From a bacterium BMS3Abin06 (lineage in GTDB: Bacteria > Nitrospirota > Thermodesulfovibrionia > UBA6902), in contig BDSY01000037.1 in the NCBI GenBank assembly GCA_002897895.1, positions 7,306-71,305 of the forward strand: a stretch of DNA of 64,000 bases, written 5' to 3'. Each line of letters begins with the position of its first letter. Position 1 is the stretch's first letter. Made by a program: the position numbers and the translations under genes. The notes beneath the pieces were generated by a model. It saw only the letters and a program-made list of their open reading frames with translations, had not been told where the DNA came from and did not search any database. Shown in pieces: positions 38,516 through 49,148 of the stretch.

Positions 38516-39493
38516 ATGCACACTCAATCAAACGAGCTCAGATACCTGACATTCGCCAGATTCATATTCAGGGCAAGGGCGGAAACCGTACTCAGACTGC
38601 CTCCCTACAAGGGCTCCACATTCAGGGGCGGTTTCGGCTTCAACCTCAGGAAGACCATCTGCATTAACAGGGCGGATGACTGCAACAGGTGTGTTCTGGC
38701 ATCAAGATGCATTTACACCTATATTTTTGAGACAAAGCCCCCGGAGGACCCGGGGATTAAACACAGTTTCTCGGAAGTGCCCCACCCCTATGTGCTGAAT
38801 CCCCCGCATACAACAAAAGAGACCTTTGAGCCCGGTGAGACTTTTACATTCGAGCTGGTCCTTTTCGGAAAGGCCATTGATTACTTTCCCTACTTCCTGT
38901 TTGTATTTCAGCAAATGGGTGAGAACGGGATAGGCAGGGAAAAAGGCAGGTTTGAGATTGAGACGGTAATGAACGAAAGATTTGACGGTGAAGCCGGGAT
39001 ATACAGCTCCGCGGATAAATGTTTAAAAGGCAATATCCAGGTATACTCCTCCGAGAACTTTTTCCGGGTTTATACGGATATTATAAAGATGAATCCCGGG
39101 CAGATAACAGTGCGCCTGCTTACACCGTTCAGGTTCAAAAAAGACGGGCATTTCAGGGATGACTTTGACTTTTTCGACCTGTTCAGGAACCTGCTGAACA
39201 GGCTGTACCTGCTGACATACTTTCACTGCGGCAACAGGTTCGACCGCGACCACAGGGACCTGCTTGAAAAGAGCAAGGCTGTTGAGATAAAGGACAAGGA
39301 TATCAGGTGGCATGACTGGACCAGGTACAGCAACCGGCAAAAAGCGAAGATGAAAATAGGCGGAGTGAGCGGGGAGTTCCGTATACAGGGTGATCTTGCG
39401 CCGTTCCTCCCGTTTCTGAAGATCGGGGAATACACCAACATAGGCAAGGCAACAAGCATGGGACTGGGAAAATACGAGATTGTGTGCCTGTAA
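38516..39493 (+). CDS. cas6: CRISPR-associated endoribonuclease Cas6 (orphan)
   Basis: N-terminus RLPPYKGSTFRGGFGFNL. C-terminal Gly-rich loop GKATSMGLGKYEI. About 325 aa. No adjacent CRISPR array. Confidence 0.65.
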   Translation: MHTQSNELRYLTFARFIFRARAETVLRLPPYKGSTFRGGFGFNLRKTICINRADDCNRCVLASRCIYTYIFETKPPEDPGIKHSFSEVPHPYVLNPPHTTKETFEPGETFTFELVLFGKAIDYFPYFLFVFQQMGENGIGREKGRFEIETVMNERFDGEAGIYSSADKCLKGNIQVYSSENFFRVYTDIIKMNPGQITVRLLTPFRFKKDGHFRDDFDFFDLFRNLLNRLYLLTYFHCGNRFDRDHRDLLEKSKAVEIKDKDIRWHDWTRYSNRQKAKMKIGGVSGEFRIQGDLAPFLPFLKIGEYTNIGKATSMGLGKYEIVCL

Positions 39494-39572
39494 TATGCTG
39501 CTGCCCGTTGAATAATTGCTCGTTTTTTTAAGGCTTACTGATATTCCGTGATTATACGGTCCAGGAGGAGCG

Positions 39573-41678
39573 ATGAAAAAAATTCTCTCAATAACTGCAA
39601 TTGTAATAACAATAATCGTCATTGCCCTTATAGCATTAATAAAAATATACATTACCCCTGAAAGAGTCAAGGCATTTCTTGTTCCCGAAGTTGAAAAGGC
39701 TTTAAATAGAAAAGTAGAGATCGGAGAAATAAATATAAGCCTGTTAAAAGGCATAGGACTGAAAGACTTTGCAATCAAGGAGGCTGACCAGGAAAACGAT
39801 TTTGTCAGATGCAAGGATTTTGTGCTCAAATTCAAACTGCTTCCACTTCTTTCCAGAAAAGTGATTATCGACGAACTGAAATTAGTGTCTCCCGAGATAA
39901 GGATTAAACGGAGCAAAGACGGTAAATTTAACTTTGAAGACATTGGGAAAAAGAAAGAAACAGGAGAAGTAAAAGAGAAAAAATCCGCTGATGAACCTGC
40001 GGGCCTTCCTGTTTCATTACTGGTAAACAAAATATCAATCCAGGATGCAAAGTTCTCATTTATTGACATGATGAATGACCTGCCTGATATAAAGAGTTCT
40101 GCTGATATCGATATCAGCATTGAAAGTGTTGACGGTTCGGAAGTGGTCAGTAAGGGGAGCGTAGACCTCAAACTTGACGAAGTTGTGATAAAAAAACCTG
40201 CTGAAAAAAAGATTAAAAATATATTTGCCGGGCTCATATATGCAGTCCGGATAAACCTTGAGTCAATGGATGTTCGCATAGACAGGGCGGATCTGGAAAT
40301 TCAAAAAATCCCGGTTTCAATAACAGGTAAGATCAAGGGCATTAAAACCAGGCCTGAAATAAATATCGCACTCTCTTTGCCGAAAACAAAAACTGCGGAC
40401 ATACAAAAAATGATTGCCCCTTTTATGGATTTAAAAGTTCCCGGCCTTTCCGGCAGTGTTGCAGCAGATGTGAAGCTTAAAGGCAGGCTTCAAAAGCCTG
40501 AATCAATGAAGGCAAACGGAGATATCACGCTCGAAAAAGTCGGCATAAAATATCAGGACATGGACGCCTTACTTGACGGCAACATAAAATTTAATGAAAA
40601 ATTAATGGATTTTAAACTTAAAAGCACTGTCAATAAAAACTCAGCAGAATTAAAAGGCTCAGTCAGTAATTACTTTGAAAACCCGGAAATCAAGCTCGAT
40701 ATATATTCCAGAAAACTCTTTTTAGACGAGCTTATACCGGTTGGCAAGGCTGGGGATAAGCCTCCTGCCGGGAGTGCCGGACCTGTTGTTCCCCAAAAAG
40801 CCTCCAAAGAGGCTGAACCACTTGATCTCAAACTTACTGCAACCGGCAAGATCAGGGTGGACTCGGCAGTATACAAAAACCTGACTATGAATGATTTTTA
40901 TATGCAATATAAGTTTAAAGATAACAAACTGCAAATTTCAAAGTTATCTGCCAGGGCCGGAAAAGGCAGATTAAATTTAAGCAGCTTTATTGATCTTTCA
41001 AAACCGGGGTATACCTACAGGCTTTCAGCCAATATCGATTCCCTTCATGCAGATGCGATTGTTAATTCTTTCTTCCCAAAGGCAAAAGATACGGTTTTCG
41101 GTATTGTCTCCCTTAACCTTAAAATGAAAGGGGCAGGCACATTGCCTGAGAGCATAAAGAAGAATCTTGCAGCTGATGGAGATTTCAATATTAAGGATGG
41201 AAGGATAACCGGCGCACAAATCACAAGGAATCTTTCGCTGTTTCTTGATGTCGATGAGCTAAAGACAATTAAATTGAAACAGGCAAGCGGAAGAGTAAAA
41301 ATAAGAAACAGCAATGCAAGACTTGACAGCGTCTTTTCCTCTGATGATATTTCAATGAATCCCTCCGGTAACATAGGCCTTGACGAAACACTTGATCTTG
41401 CCTTTGATCTGAAGCTCTCCCCCCGTCTTGCGGATAAGGCAATGAGTTCAGAGATTTCAAAATATATAAAGAACGAAGAAGGCTGGGGCACAATCCCCCT
41501 GATGGTTTCAGGAACATTCTCAAACCCCGTGTATACTGTTGATATTCAAAAGGCCGGCAAGCAGGCCGTCAAAAAAGAGGCGGACAAATTTATAGACAAA
41601 TTATTTGATAAGCAGGACGACAAAATAAAGAAACAGCTGGAACCTGTCAGGGAACTGTTAAAAGGGATATTCAGGTAG
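39573..41678 (+). CDS. AsmA-family outer-membrane assembly protein
   Basis: N-terminal transmembrane anchor and about 700 aa of repetitive beta-rich AsmA-like sequence (DGRITGAQITRNLS...). Confidence 0.65.
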   Translation: MKKILSITAIVITIIVIALIALIKIYITPERVKAFLVPEVEKALNRKVEIGEINISLLKGIGLKDFAIKEADQENDFVRCKDFVLKFKLLPLLSRKVIIDELKLVSPEIRIKRSKDGKFNFEDIGKKKETGEVKEKKSADEPAGLPVSLLVNKISIQDAKFSFIDMMNDLPDIKSSADIDISIESVDGSEVVSKGSVDLKLDEVVIKKPAEKKIKNIFAGLIYAVRINLESMDVRIDRADLEIQKIPVSITGKIKGIKTRPEINIALSLPKTKTADIQKMIAPFMDLKVPGLSGSVAADVKLKGRLQKPESMKANGDITLEKVGIKYQDMDALLDGNIKFNEKLMDFKLKSTVNKNSAELKGSVSNYFENPEIKLDIYSRKLFLDELIPVGKAGDKPPAGSAGPVVPQKASKEAEPLDLKLTATGKIRVDSAVYKNLTMNDFYMQYKFKDNKLQISKLSARAGKGRLNLSSFIDLSKPGYTYRLSANIDSLHADAIVNSFFPKAKDTVFGIVSLNLKMKGAGTLPESIKKNLAADGDFNIKDGRITGAQITRNLSLFLDVDELKTIKLKQASGRVKIRNSNARLDSVFSSDDISMNPSGNIGLDETLDLAFDLKLSPRLADKAMSSEISKYIKNEEGWGTIPLMVSGTFSNPVYTVDIQKAGKQAVKKEADKFIDKLFDKQDDKIKKQLEPVRELLKGIFR

Positions 41679-41773
41679 AAAAAAATATTTTCTTAACCCG
41701 TCCCCTTCAAACTTTGGTTCTTTCGTGTTTTAGTTGAAGATAGGCTTAAAATTCAACTTAACACAACGCACAA

Positions 41774-42180
41774 TGTCATTGTGGCTTGTCCGGCTTGTCA
41801 TTCCGGCTTGTCCGGCTTGTCATTCCGGCTTGTCCGGAATCTTTCTTACAAGGTGCTTCCATGCAGAATAAACGCTTTGCAGTGTATATTATGGCTAATG
41901 CCAGGCCAACTCTTTATGTAGGGATAACAAACAACCTCATAAGAAGAGTCTATGAACATAAAAACAATCTTAACCCACGCAGTTTTACAGCAAAATATTA
42001 TCTTCACAGACTTGTATATTACGAGTTGTGTGAGAATAGCTTCAGTGCTATCATCAGGGAAAAACAGATAAAAAATATGAGTAGACAGGGGAAGATAGAA
42101 CTTATTAGACAAAGCAACCCGACATTTAGGGATTTATACGAAGATATTGTAGAAAAGATTCCGGACAAGCCGGAATGACA
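41774..42180 (+). mobile_element. small GIY-YIG nuclease element bounded by perfect inverted repeats; source of MITE family A
   Basis: Left end tgtcattgtggcttgtccggc(ttgtcattccggcttgtccggc)x2..aatc. Right end gattccggacaagccggaatgaca. The right repeat supplies the stop codon of the internal gene. Confidence 0.7.
41861..42178 (+). CDS. GIY-YIG domain nuclease (UPF0213-like)
   Basis: [29 protein letters not shown] contains the GIY...YIG motifs. 105 aa. Confidence 0.7.
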   Translation: MQNKRFAVYIMANARPTLYVGITNNLIRRVYEHKNNLNPRSFTAKYYLHRLVYYELCENSFSAIIREKQIKNMSRQGKIELIRQSNPTFRDLYEDIVEKIPDKPE

Positions 42181-42240
42181 GAAATATGGAACTGCGGCAG
42201 AGATTGCGGTGCGTTTGAAAATTGTATGTTTATTCTTGGT

Positions 42241-42315
42241 TGTCATTCCCGCTTGTCGGGAATCCCTCGACTTGTCTGGATCACAAGAAAAGATTCCGGA
42301 CAAGCCGGAATGACA
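42241..42315. repeat. hairpin MITE (family A), tandem to the GIY-YIG element
   Basis: tgtcattcccgcttgtcgggaatc...gattccggacaagccggaatgaca. Confidence 0.7.
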
Positions 42316-42376
42316 GACTGATCATGTGTTTTCAACTTTTTTACGAATGAACCCAAACTTTTAACAAACATATTTT

Positions 42377-42407
42377 AAAAAAAAAGGGTGGGGTTTTCAC
42401 CCCACCC
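42377..42407 (-). terminator. rho-independent terminator for the large surface-protein gene
   Basis: On the minus strand: GGGTGGGGTGAAAACCCCACCC hairpin followed by T9. Confidence 0.65.
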
Positions 42408-42580
42408 TCGTAACTCATCCTCTTAAAGACAACTACTTACGTCTTCTTTGTCTTCTAATCACAACCACTCCGCCGATCACTATCATACCCACTAATACAA
42501 AAGGATATTTAACGGAATAGACAATTGGTGTAAGGGCTATTCTCGTAATTGTCCTTTTATGTGCTTTTATTACAAAAATA

Positions 42581-45269
42581 CTATTGCAAATTAAAGTCCA
42601 TTATTGTTACTGTGCCGTCGTTAATTGTCATATTACCGTTAATTGTTGTCTCTCCTGTAATAGTTGTATAATCGCAATTATAACCGCCTTCCAGGGTCAC
42701 TGATATGTTGCTATTAATATTCAAGTCTTCGGTAAATACTACAGCCTGGCTCTGAATGGTATCCCCCTCCACTGCTGCATCATAGGCTGCCTGAAGCGTG
42801 TCGTAATAGACAGGGGAAATCCTTACAGGAGATAAGCATGCATCTACTGTTATGTAATCTGTCCTTGTTAATGAGTCAGTGCTTCCATCGGAATCTGTGA
42901 CTTTTAGTTTCACTGTGTATGTGCCTGCTGTAGTGTATATATATGATGGATTCTGGCCGGTTGAATCTATAACTCCGTCATTGTCAAAGTCCCATTCATG
43001 GCTTAATGGCTGGTCATAGCCTGTTGAGCTGTCAGTGAAGTTCACTGTAAGCGGCGCTAATCCGCTTGCCGGTAAGCCAGTGAAGTTTGCTGTCGGCGAT
43101 GTGTCTGAGATAGTGGCTGTTGTCGTTGCCTCACCCGTTGCTCCAAGGTCGTCTGTAACTCTCAATCTTATGGTGTACGTGCCCTGCTGGGCATAGATGT
43201 GACACACGGTTGGTGATGAGGAGCTGTAGTCAAATACTCCGTCATTGTCTATATCCCATTCATAAAGTACAATAATTCCATCTGGATCGTATGAGGCTGA
43301 ACCATCGAAGCATTTTGCCTGCCCTTCAGTGCCCGGATATGGACCATTAGGATCAGAAATAGGTAGATAGTTGGGATTGCAAGTGCCAGAGAGGCACTCT
43401 ACATAAAGGTCATAACTTCCGCCTATCTCGTCCCCATTATTCTCAGACGCAATAATGGTGTACACTCCGCTGCCGCCGGTAAGGATACAACTCAGAATCT
43501 CCGCAGGGTCATTGGAACTGCTGTTAGTACGACTGTCATCACATCCGGCCAATGCAGTACCATCCGGGGCATATGTCCTTATCTGAGGGTCAGGCCCGCT
43601 GGCAACAAACTGCATTCTCACCAGTACAGTGTCATCAGCACTTGCGTAAAAAGCATGCACATTACTGTCTGATGTTACTGTCAGTACACCGGGCTCAGTA
43701 TCTCCATAAACCATGGTCGCTGATGTATTGTTTAACCTCTCAAGTGTAAGGCTGTAATCACCGCCTATTTCATCGCCATTACGTTCAGATGCGATAATGG
43801 TATAGGTTCCGTCATCCGGAAGTTGACAATCGCTAATATCTGCGGAGTCTCCGCTTGCTGTTTCACTGCCTGCACACCCTGTCAGTTCAGTACCGTCCGG
43901 ACCGTATAACCTGATTTCAGGGTCAGCATTACCCGTAGCAAATCCCATCCTCACCATGACCCTGTCATTGGCAACAGCATTAAATGTATGGGCATTGAGG
44001 TCTGCAGTAACCGTCAGCGTGTCTGCGACAGTATCGCCATAAGACATCGTGGCAGCCGTATTATTTAATCTCTCAAGTGTCAGATTATAATCCCCTCCTA
44101 TTTCATCACCCCCATACTCTGATGCGATAATGGTATAGGTTCCGTCATCCGGAAGTTGACAATCGCTAATATCTGCGGAGTCTCCGCTTGCTGTTTCACT
44201 GCCTGCACACTCTGCCAGTTCGCTCCCGTCGGGCCTGAATATCCTGAATTCAGGGTCTGCACTGCCTGTGACAAAGCCCATACGCACCCTTACTACATCA
44301 TTCGCTGTTGCAGTAAATGTACATGAGTTTGAATCATCAGGAGCCGACAAATACCCGGTTTTTGTTTCTCCGAATTGTATGCACTCGTCTGAATCAAGCC
44401 ATGGTTCATAATCCACATAGTCAGTGACCTTGTCACCAGTTCCATCCGGGTTATACCAGCCTCCCGAGTCCCTGTCATCAGATGGGTCATAAGGGCCGCT
44501 CGGGTCGCCCCAGTAGTTATTTTCTGCTACGACAATTACTGAACTGGTAGCATTATATATTCCGTATTCCACATTGCCGCTTATAGTGTTTCCTGTAATC
44601 GTTGTGCCGGATGAATCACGAAGGTAAATTCCCCGTCTGTTATTGTTCTTGATTATACTTTCTGTTATGGAAGGCGAGGCGCCATTTATATAAATACCTG
44701 TTTTCAACAGTGCTCTTGCTGATAGTTAAAGACGATGTCCTTATATAGATATTTCTATAGGTTGAAGTAGGCCCGCCTCCGAACCTCACTATCACATTAT
44801 CTAAAAGGCTATTAATACCGGTGGATGTAAAGTCGAGATAGTCCCAGTCACCGCGTAAAGGACTGCTGCTATTGCCGTCCCCGTTCGTATCCCCTCCATA
44901 TTCATCATCTTTGATCGAGGTGAATATTATCTGCTGCGCTGGAGTCCCATCGGCAGTAAGCGTCCCATCGATGTTCAGCCTGTCACCTGCTTCAAACTTC
45001 ACTACTACTCCGGGCTGTATGGTTAACGCAACTCCTACATCTACCGTTAAACTGCAACTGATCACATATGGGCTATCAGCAGTTGTCCATGTAGTATCTA
45101 CAACTATCGGACTTCCTGCAATGCAGGGATAAGTAGCAGCATGAGCCTGCCCCGCTATTGCTAAAACAATTAAAAAGATCGGCAATACAGCTATGGTCTT
45201 CAAAAACTTCATAATAATTCCCCCCCTACTATTTTTAATACTGCTTTTCCTATTTTTCATCAGAGGCAT
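42581..45269 (-). pseudogene. large secreted beta-helix / PPC x3 / PKD x2 surface protein, in two frames
   Basis: Signal peptide MKFLKTIAVLPIFLIVLAIAGQAHA. Beta-helix repeats continue across the junction of ORFs 44640..45269 and 42581..44707. A frameshift lies near 44700, next to a T4/A4 run. Three PPC domain repeats (GDSADISDCQLPDDGTYTIIASE) and two PKD domains. Confidence 0.55.
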
Positions 45270-45531
45270 AATTGACTTCTTTGTTCAGTCATTTTTAAAA
45301 TAAAACAAGCCACTTAAAGTAATGGATTGGCGTCTGTCACTTTTTCCGGGCTGCCCCTCCCCTGCACGGGAGAGGTTTTTTTTCTGTTACAATTTTTCAC
45401 GATCTATCAGCTTTTTTAGAAAAAAATAAAAATTGGAGTGTAATACATACTAAGTCAGTAAATTCATAAACATCAAGGAAATTGTGATTAACGGTTGATT
45501 ATCTGCCATAAACGGCCTAAAAATCGCAAAT

Positions 45532-46257
45532 TTACTGTACATGACCTTTAATTACTTTTAGGGTTTTATTGAGATCGTTTGACCTTCGTCTTGCGACCGG
45601 CACTAAAGGAATATCTTTTTTATTAAAGTCAATAATATTTTGGCCTTTTACATTTTGTATTATTCTATGAACATTATCCAGGTTGACTAAAAAACTCCTG
45701 TGAACCTTAAAAAGTTTTTCACCGGTATATTTTTTCTCTATCTCACTTAATGTCACTCGCAGATAGTACTGCTCACTCTCCGTAAATACCCTGCAATAAT
45801 TTCCTTCGCTTTTTATCAGGTAGATAGAGGGAATATTGAGAAACAGATATGAACTGCCGTTATAGACAGGAATCTTCCTTATTTCGGCAGTTTCGATTTT
45901 TTTATTAATCTCAGCGTCCTTTTGCCCGGTAACGTCAATAAAGGTCATGATTAAAAAATGCCTTAAGGAAGCATCTCCTGACTCTATCCGGCATATATTA
46001 ACTGCTAAAACCCTGTTCAATACATTCATTATAATAGGAGAAGAAAAATCGTCCGCTGGTCTGCACGCCTTTTTCAGGAGACCCTTTAGCCTGGAATGGA
46101 CTTTGGGAGGATGATATTCATAAACGCTTTTTCCGATTTGAGAAGGATTGATCTGTAATACCCGGGAAGCGTATTCATTAATGCCGATTACCCGGTGCCC
46201 AAGTGACAAAATCACCACACCGATACTAAGATGACCGTTTAAACCATCATTTTTCAT
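45532..46257 (-). CDS. PAS-domain / LytTR DNA-binding regulator
   Basis: C-terminal LytTR signature YYLRVTLSEIEKKYTGEKLFKVHRSFLVNLDNVHRI. PAS-like N-terminus. Confidence 0.6.
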   Translation of the reverse strand: MKNDGLNGHLSIGVVILSLGHRVIGINEYASRVLQINPSQIGKSVYEYHPPKVHSRLKGLLKKACRPADDFSSPIIMNVLNRVLAVNICRIESGDASLRHFLIMTFIDVTGQKDAEINKKIETAEIRKIPVYNGSSYLFLNIPSIYLIKSEGNYCRVFTESEQYYLRVTLSEIEKKYTGEKLFKVHRSFLVNLDNVHRIIQNVKGQNIIDFNKKDIPLVPVARRRSNDLNKTLKVIKGHVQ

Positions 46258-46309
46258 CTTGTAATCCCGCTCCTGCCCGGACTTTACCCCAGCCTGTCCC
46301 CTGAATCAT

Positions 46310-46994
46310 TTATCCCCTGAACAGGGTTACTGCCTCTAAGAGGGAGTTTACCTGGAGCTTTCTGTATATGTTCTTCTGGTGACTGCGAACTGTTTCGTAA
46401 CTTATGTGAAGGGCATCCGCCGTTTTCCTTGTGTTATAACCTTTTGAGAGATATTCGAGCACCTCTGTCTCTCTCTGTAAGCGCTTTAATCTCCGGCTTC
46501 TTCAATTTTTTTGGGATCTCCCTGAACTCATTGAGTACCCGCCGGGCCATGTCCATGGACATGGGGGCGCCGCCTTTGACTGCTTCATCTATTGCGCTAA
46601 CAATCTCTGAAAGGGATGCCTCGTTTTTTACTATGTAGCCTATTGCCCCTGCTTTAAGGGCTGAGAACAGATGTTCGTCATCGTTATAGACTGTAAGGAC
46701 GAGCAATTCCGTATTGCAGCCCTTTTCTGAAATTTCCTTTATAATTTCTACACCTGAGATGTCGGGCAGCCCAAGGTCTATGAGGGCTACATCAGGACGT
46801 TTTTCGATTATCCCTTTAATTGCATCCTTACCTGTGGTATATGAGCCCGCTACTTCGATTGAAGGTGTGTCCACAAAGAGAAGCCTTACACTTTCAAGAA
46901 ATCTGGGATCATCCTCAACTATTACTATCCGTACCGGCTTCTTTGCATCCATGCAAGATTTTAAACTTATATTGCCCCTTTGTAAATCCCTCAA
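46310..46994 (-). pseudogene. NarL/FixJ-family response regulator (REC + LuxR HTH) with a frameshift in a (TC)4 tract
   Basis: REC domain VRIVIVEDDP...ALIDLGLPDISG. The LuxR HTH (RETEVLEYLSKGYNTRKTADALHISYETVRSHQKNIYRKL) lies in the +1 frame beyond 46468..46476. One extra GA unit would restore LTERETEVLEYL. Confidence 0.6.
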
Positions 46995-47086
46995 TTGCGG
47001 TATTTTTTATAATTATTCAGCCGCAGATATAAACAGACTATAAAATTTGACTGGTCATTCTTAATGGTCAATGTTATAATATTTAT

Positions 47087-47305
47087 ATGAAAACGATTGG
47101 AGCTGCAAAATTTAAAGAACAATGTCTGTCAATTCTTGAAAAGGTTGATAAGGAGGGTATTATTATAACCAAGCACGGCAAACCCATGGCAAAGCTCATT
47201 CCGGTTGAAATCCGGTCCTCGGACCTCATAGGGAAGATGAAGGGAAAGATTAAAATCAAAGGGGATATTATGTCAACAGGATTAAAATGGAATGCTCAAT
47301 CTTGA
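47087..47305 (+). CDS. Phd/YefM-family type II antitoxin
   Basis: MKTIGAAKFKEQCLSILEKVDKEGIIITKHGKPMAKLIP. Confidence 0.65.
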   Translation: MKTIGAAKFKEQCLSILEKVDKEGIIITKHGKPMAKLIPVEIRSSDLIGKMKGKIKIKGDIMSTGLKWNAQS

Positions 47306-47651
47306 TACTCATATCCTCATATTTGCCTTGTGTGATAACCTGACCAAAAAAGAAAAGACCATTCTTGCAAAAGAACCGTGGAGTATATCATCGATTGTAA
47401 TCTGGGAGATAACCAAGCTATCACAGCTTAACAGGATTGAATTAGACATAGATGCTCCGGAGCTCTCACTGATACTGTCTAATATTCATATCTGGCCATT
47501 GAGCCTGGATATTTGCCGGGTTATTAAAAGACTTGATTTTACCGGTGATCCTGCGGATGAAATAATTGCAGCTACAAGCCTTGTTCATAATGTCCCCCTG
47601 GTCACAAGAGACCGTCAAATACTAAAGTCAAAGATAGTTCCCCTTATTTGA
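47292..47651 (+). CDS. vapC: PIN-domain toxin (VapC-like)
   Basis: MLNLDTHILIF..., about 119 aa with PIN acidic residues. Overlaps the antitoxin by 14 bp. Confidence 0.65.
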   Translation: MLNLDTHILIFALCDNLTKKEKTILAKEPWSISSIVIWEITKLSQLNRIELDIDAPELSLILSNIHIWPLSLDICRVIKRLDFTGDPADEIIAATSLVHNVPLVTRDRQILKSKIVPLI

Positions 47652-47780
47652 GATATTTTCTTTGTTTGCCAGTTTTTTTATCTCAAAGGAAGATGAATTT
47701 TTATATGTGTGGCGTAAACAGGGCTGGTTTTGATGGATTGTATCATTACCCGATGACAGATAGAAAGGGCAGTGCAGTTT

Positions 47781-48590
47781 TCAGAGGTTGTGTAAAAACA
47801 AGTCTATTCCTGTAATAAACACGTCCTGCGAAATGATAAATGCGTCATTGTGCCCGCCTTGTAGCTCGACAAACTCTTTCGGCTCCAGGGCATTATCAAA
47901 GAGTTTTTTGCCAAGCTCAAAAGGCACAATCTCATCACTGATACTATGGAAATGCAGTTTTGGAGATTTGATATTTTTTATCTTTTCAAACGAATCAAAT
48001 GAGGTTCTGTAAACAAATGCAGGGATAAACGGGAAATACTTTTTTGCCATATCTCTTATAGAAGTAAAACTGCCTTCTATAATTATTCCGCCTAATTCAC
48101 GTTTACTTGCCAGGTCAATGATAACAGCGCCGCCCAGAGATTCCCCGTAACCAACGATTTTTCGGGCAGGTATTTTTTTCTCGTTAACTAAGTAATCATA
48201 AACAGCTTCTGCATCAAGATACAGACCTTCCTCCGAGGGATTGCCTTTGCTCATGCCATAGCCCCGGTAATCGAAGATAAATATATCCAGATCAAGATCA
48301 TTTAATATTTTCATCTTCTCCAGGCGATGGCTGATGTTCCCCCCGTTTCCGTGACTGAATAATATCGTTGCCCGCGAAGATTCAGATGGAATAAACCAGG
48401 CCGATATTTCAATCCCGTCTTTTGTTGTTACAAATACCTCCTCATAATCCAGACCTGTATCCCGAGGGACAGATTCAATCTTTCGCACAGGGAAATAGAG
48501 GCTTTTCTTTTCAAGAAACCTGATGGAAAAAAACAACAGAAAAATTGCAACAGCAACAAAAAGAACGATCTTCATAAGATAATTTCCCAT
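47781..48590 (-). CDS. alpha/beta hydrolase
   Basis: N-terminal transmembrane segment. Nucleophile elbow GYGESLGG, HGNGGN oxyanion region, and C-terminal His. Confidence 0.7.
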   Translation of the reverse strand: MGNYLMKIVLFVAVAIFLLFFSIRFLEKKSLYFPVRKIESVPRDTGLDYEEVFVTTKDGIEISAWFIPSESSRATILFSHGNGGNISHRLEKMKILNDLDLDIFIFDYRGYGMSKGNPSEEGLYLDAEAVYDYLVNEKKIPARKIVGYGESLGGAVIIDLASKRELGGIIIEGSFTSIRDMAKKYFPFIPAFVYRTSFDSFEKIKNIKSPKLHFHSISDEIVPFELGKKLFDNALEPKEFVELQGGHNDAFIISQDVFITGIDLFLHNL

Positions 48591-48661
48591 TCTTATCCGG
48601 TATAATTTACTATTGTCTCAGTATATCATTCAATAAACCTTAATGTAACTGTGCAAAGGGA

Positions 48662-48792
48662 ACAGTTGTCAGGGTGCAGGGTGCAGAAAAAACAGATTAA
48701 ACCAACCAGCATGGCTGACAGCTCTCTGGTTTCTCTAATCCACTGCTTTCATTCTGCCCCCCCCTGACAACTGCTCCCTGCATCTTGCCGCA
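48662..48792. repeat. dispersed repeat family B, copy 2 (inverted relative to 30158..30264)
   Basis: ttgtcagggtgcagggtgcag...ccagcatggctgacagc...tttcattctgccccccctgacaactgctccctgcat. Confidence 0.75.
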
Positions 48793-48857
48793 AAACCTTT
48801 ACAATACGATAAGATATTGTTAACATTATTCTATAAGGAATTACGAATTTCGTTAAT

Positions 48858-49148
48858 TTGGAGGTTAAAATGTCTACGGCAACCAAAATTCAAAGGAATT
48901 ACCAAATAACTATTCCTGCCAGGATACGAAAAAAAGCTCATCTCCGAGTTGGTGATCTGGTAGATTTTGAAGTCACAGAAGAAGGAATACTTATAAAACC
49001 GCAGGAAACAATTGATCGCACTCAGGCATGGTTCTGGTCGAAAGAGTGGCAGGAAGAAGAAAAAAAAGTTCAAGAAGATTTTCGCAAGGGGAAAATCAAG
49101 ACAAACAGGAATATTGATGAATTCATAAAGGAACTTGATAAGAAGTGA
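48858..49148 (+). CDS. AbrB/MazE/SpoVT-family antitoxin
   Basis: ITIPARIRKKAHLRVGDLVDFEVTEEGILIKPQ swapped-hairpin motif. Confidence 0.6.
   Translation: MEVKMSTATKIQRNYQITIPARIRKKAHLRVGDLVDFEVTEEGILIKPQETIDRTQAWFWSKEWQEEEKKVQEDFRKGKIKTNRNIDEFIKELDKK

Noticed and set aside
39023-40279. 418-aa minus-strand ORF overlapping cas6 and the AsmA gene
   Set aside because: It is a low-complexity Ser/Phe/Ile-rich antisense frame of two confidently called plus-strand genes.
45345-45385. Hairpin plus T-run (ctcccctgcacgggagag + T8) that looks like a plus-strand terminator
   Set aside because: No plus-strand gene ends there. For the neighbouring minus-strand genes the orientation is wrong. It is possibly an sRNA terminator, but the evidence is insufficient.
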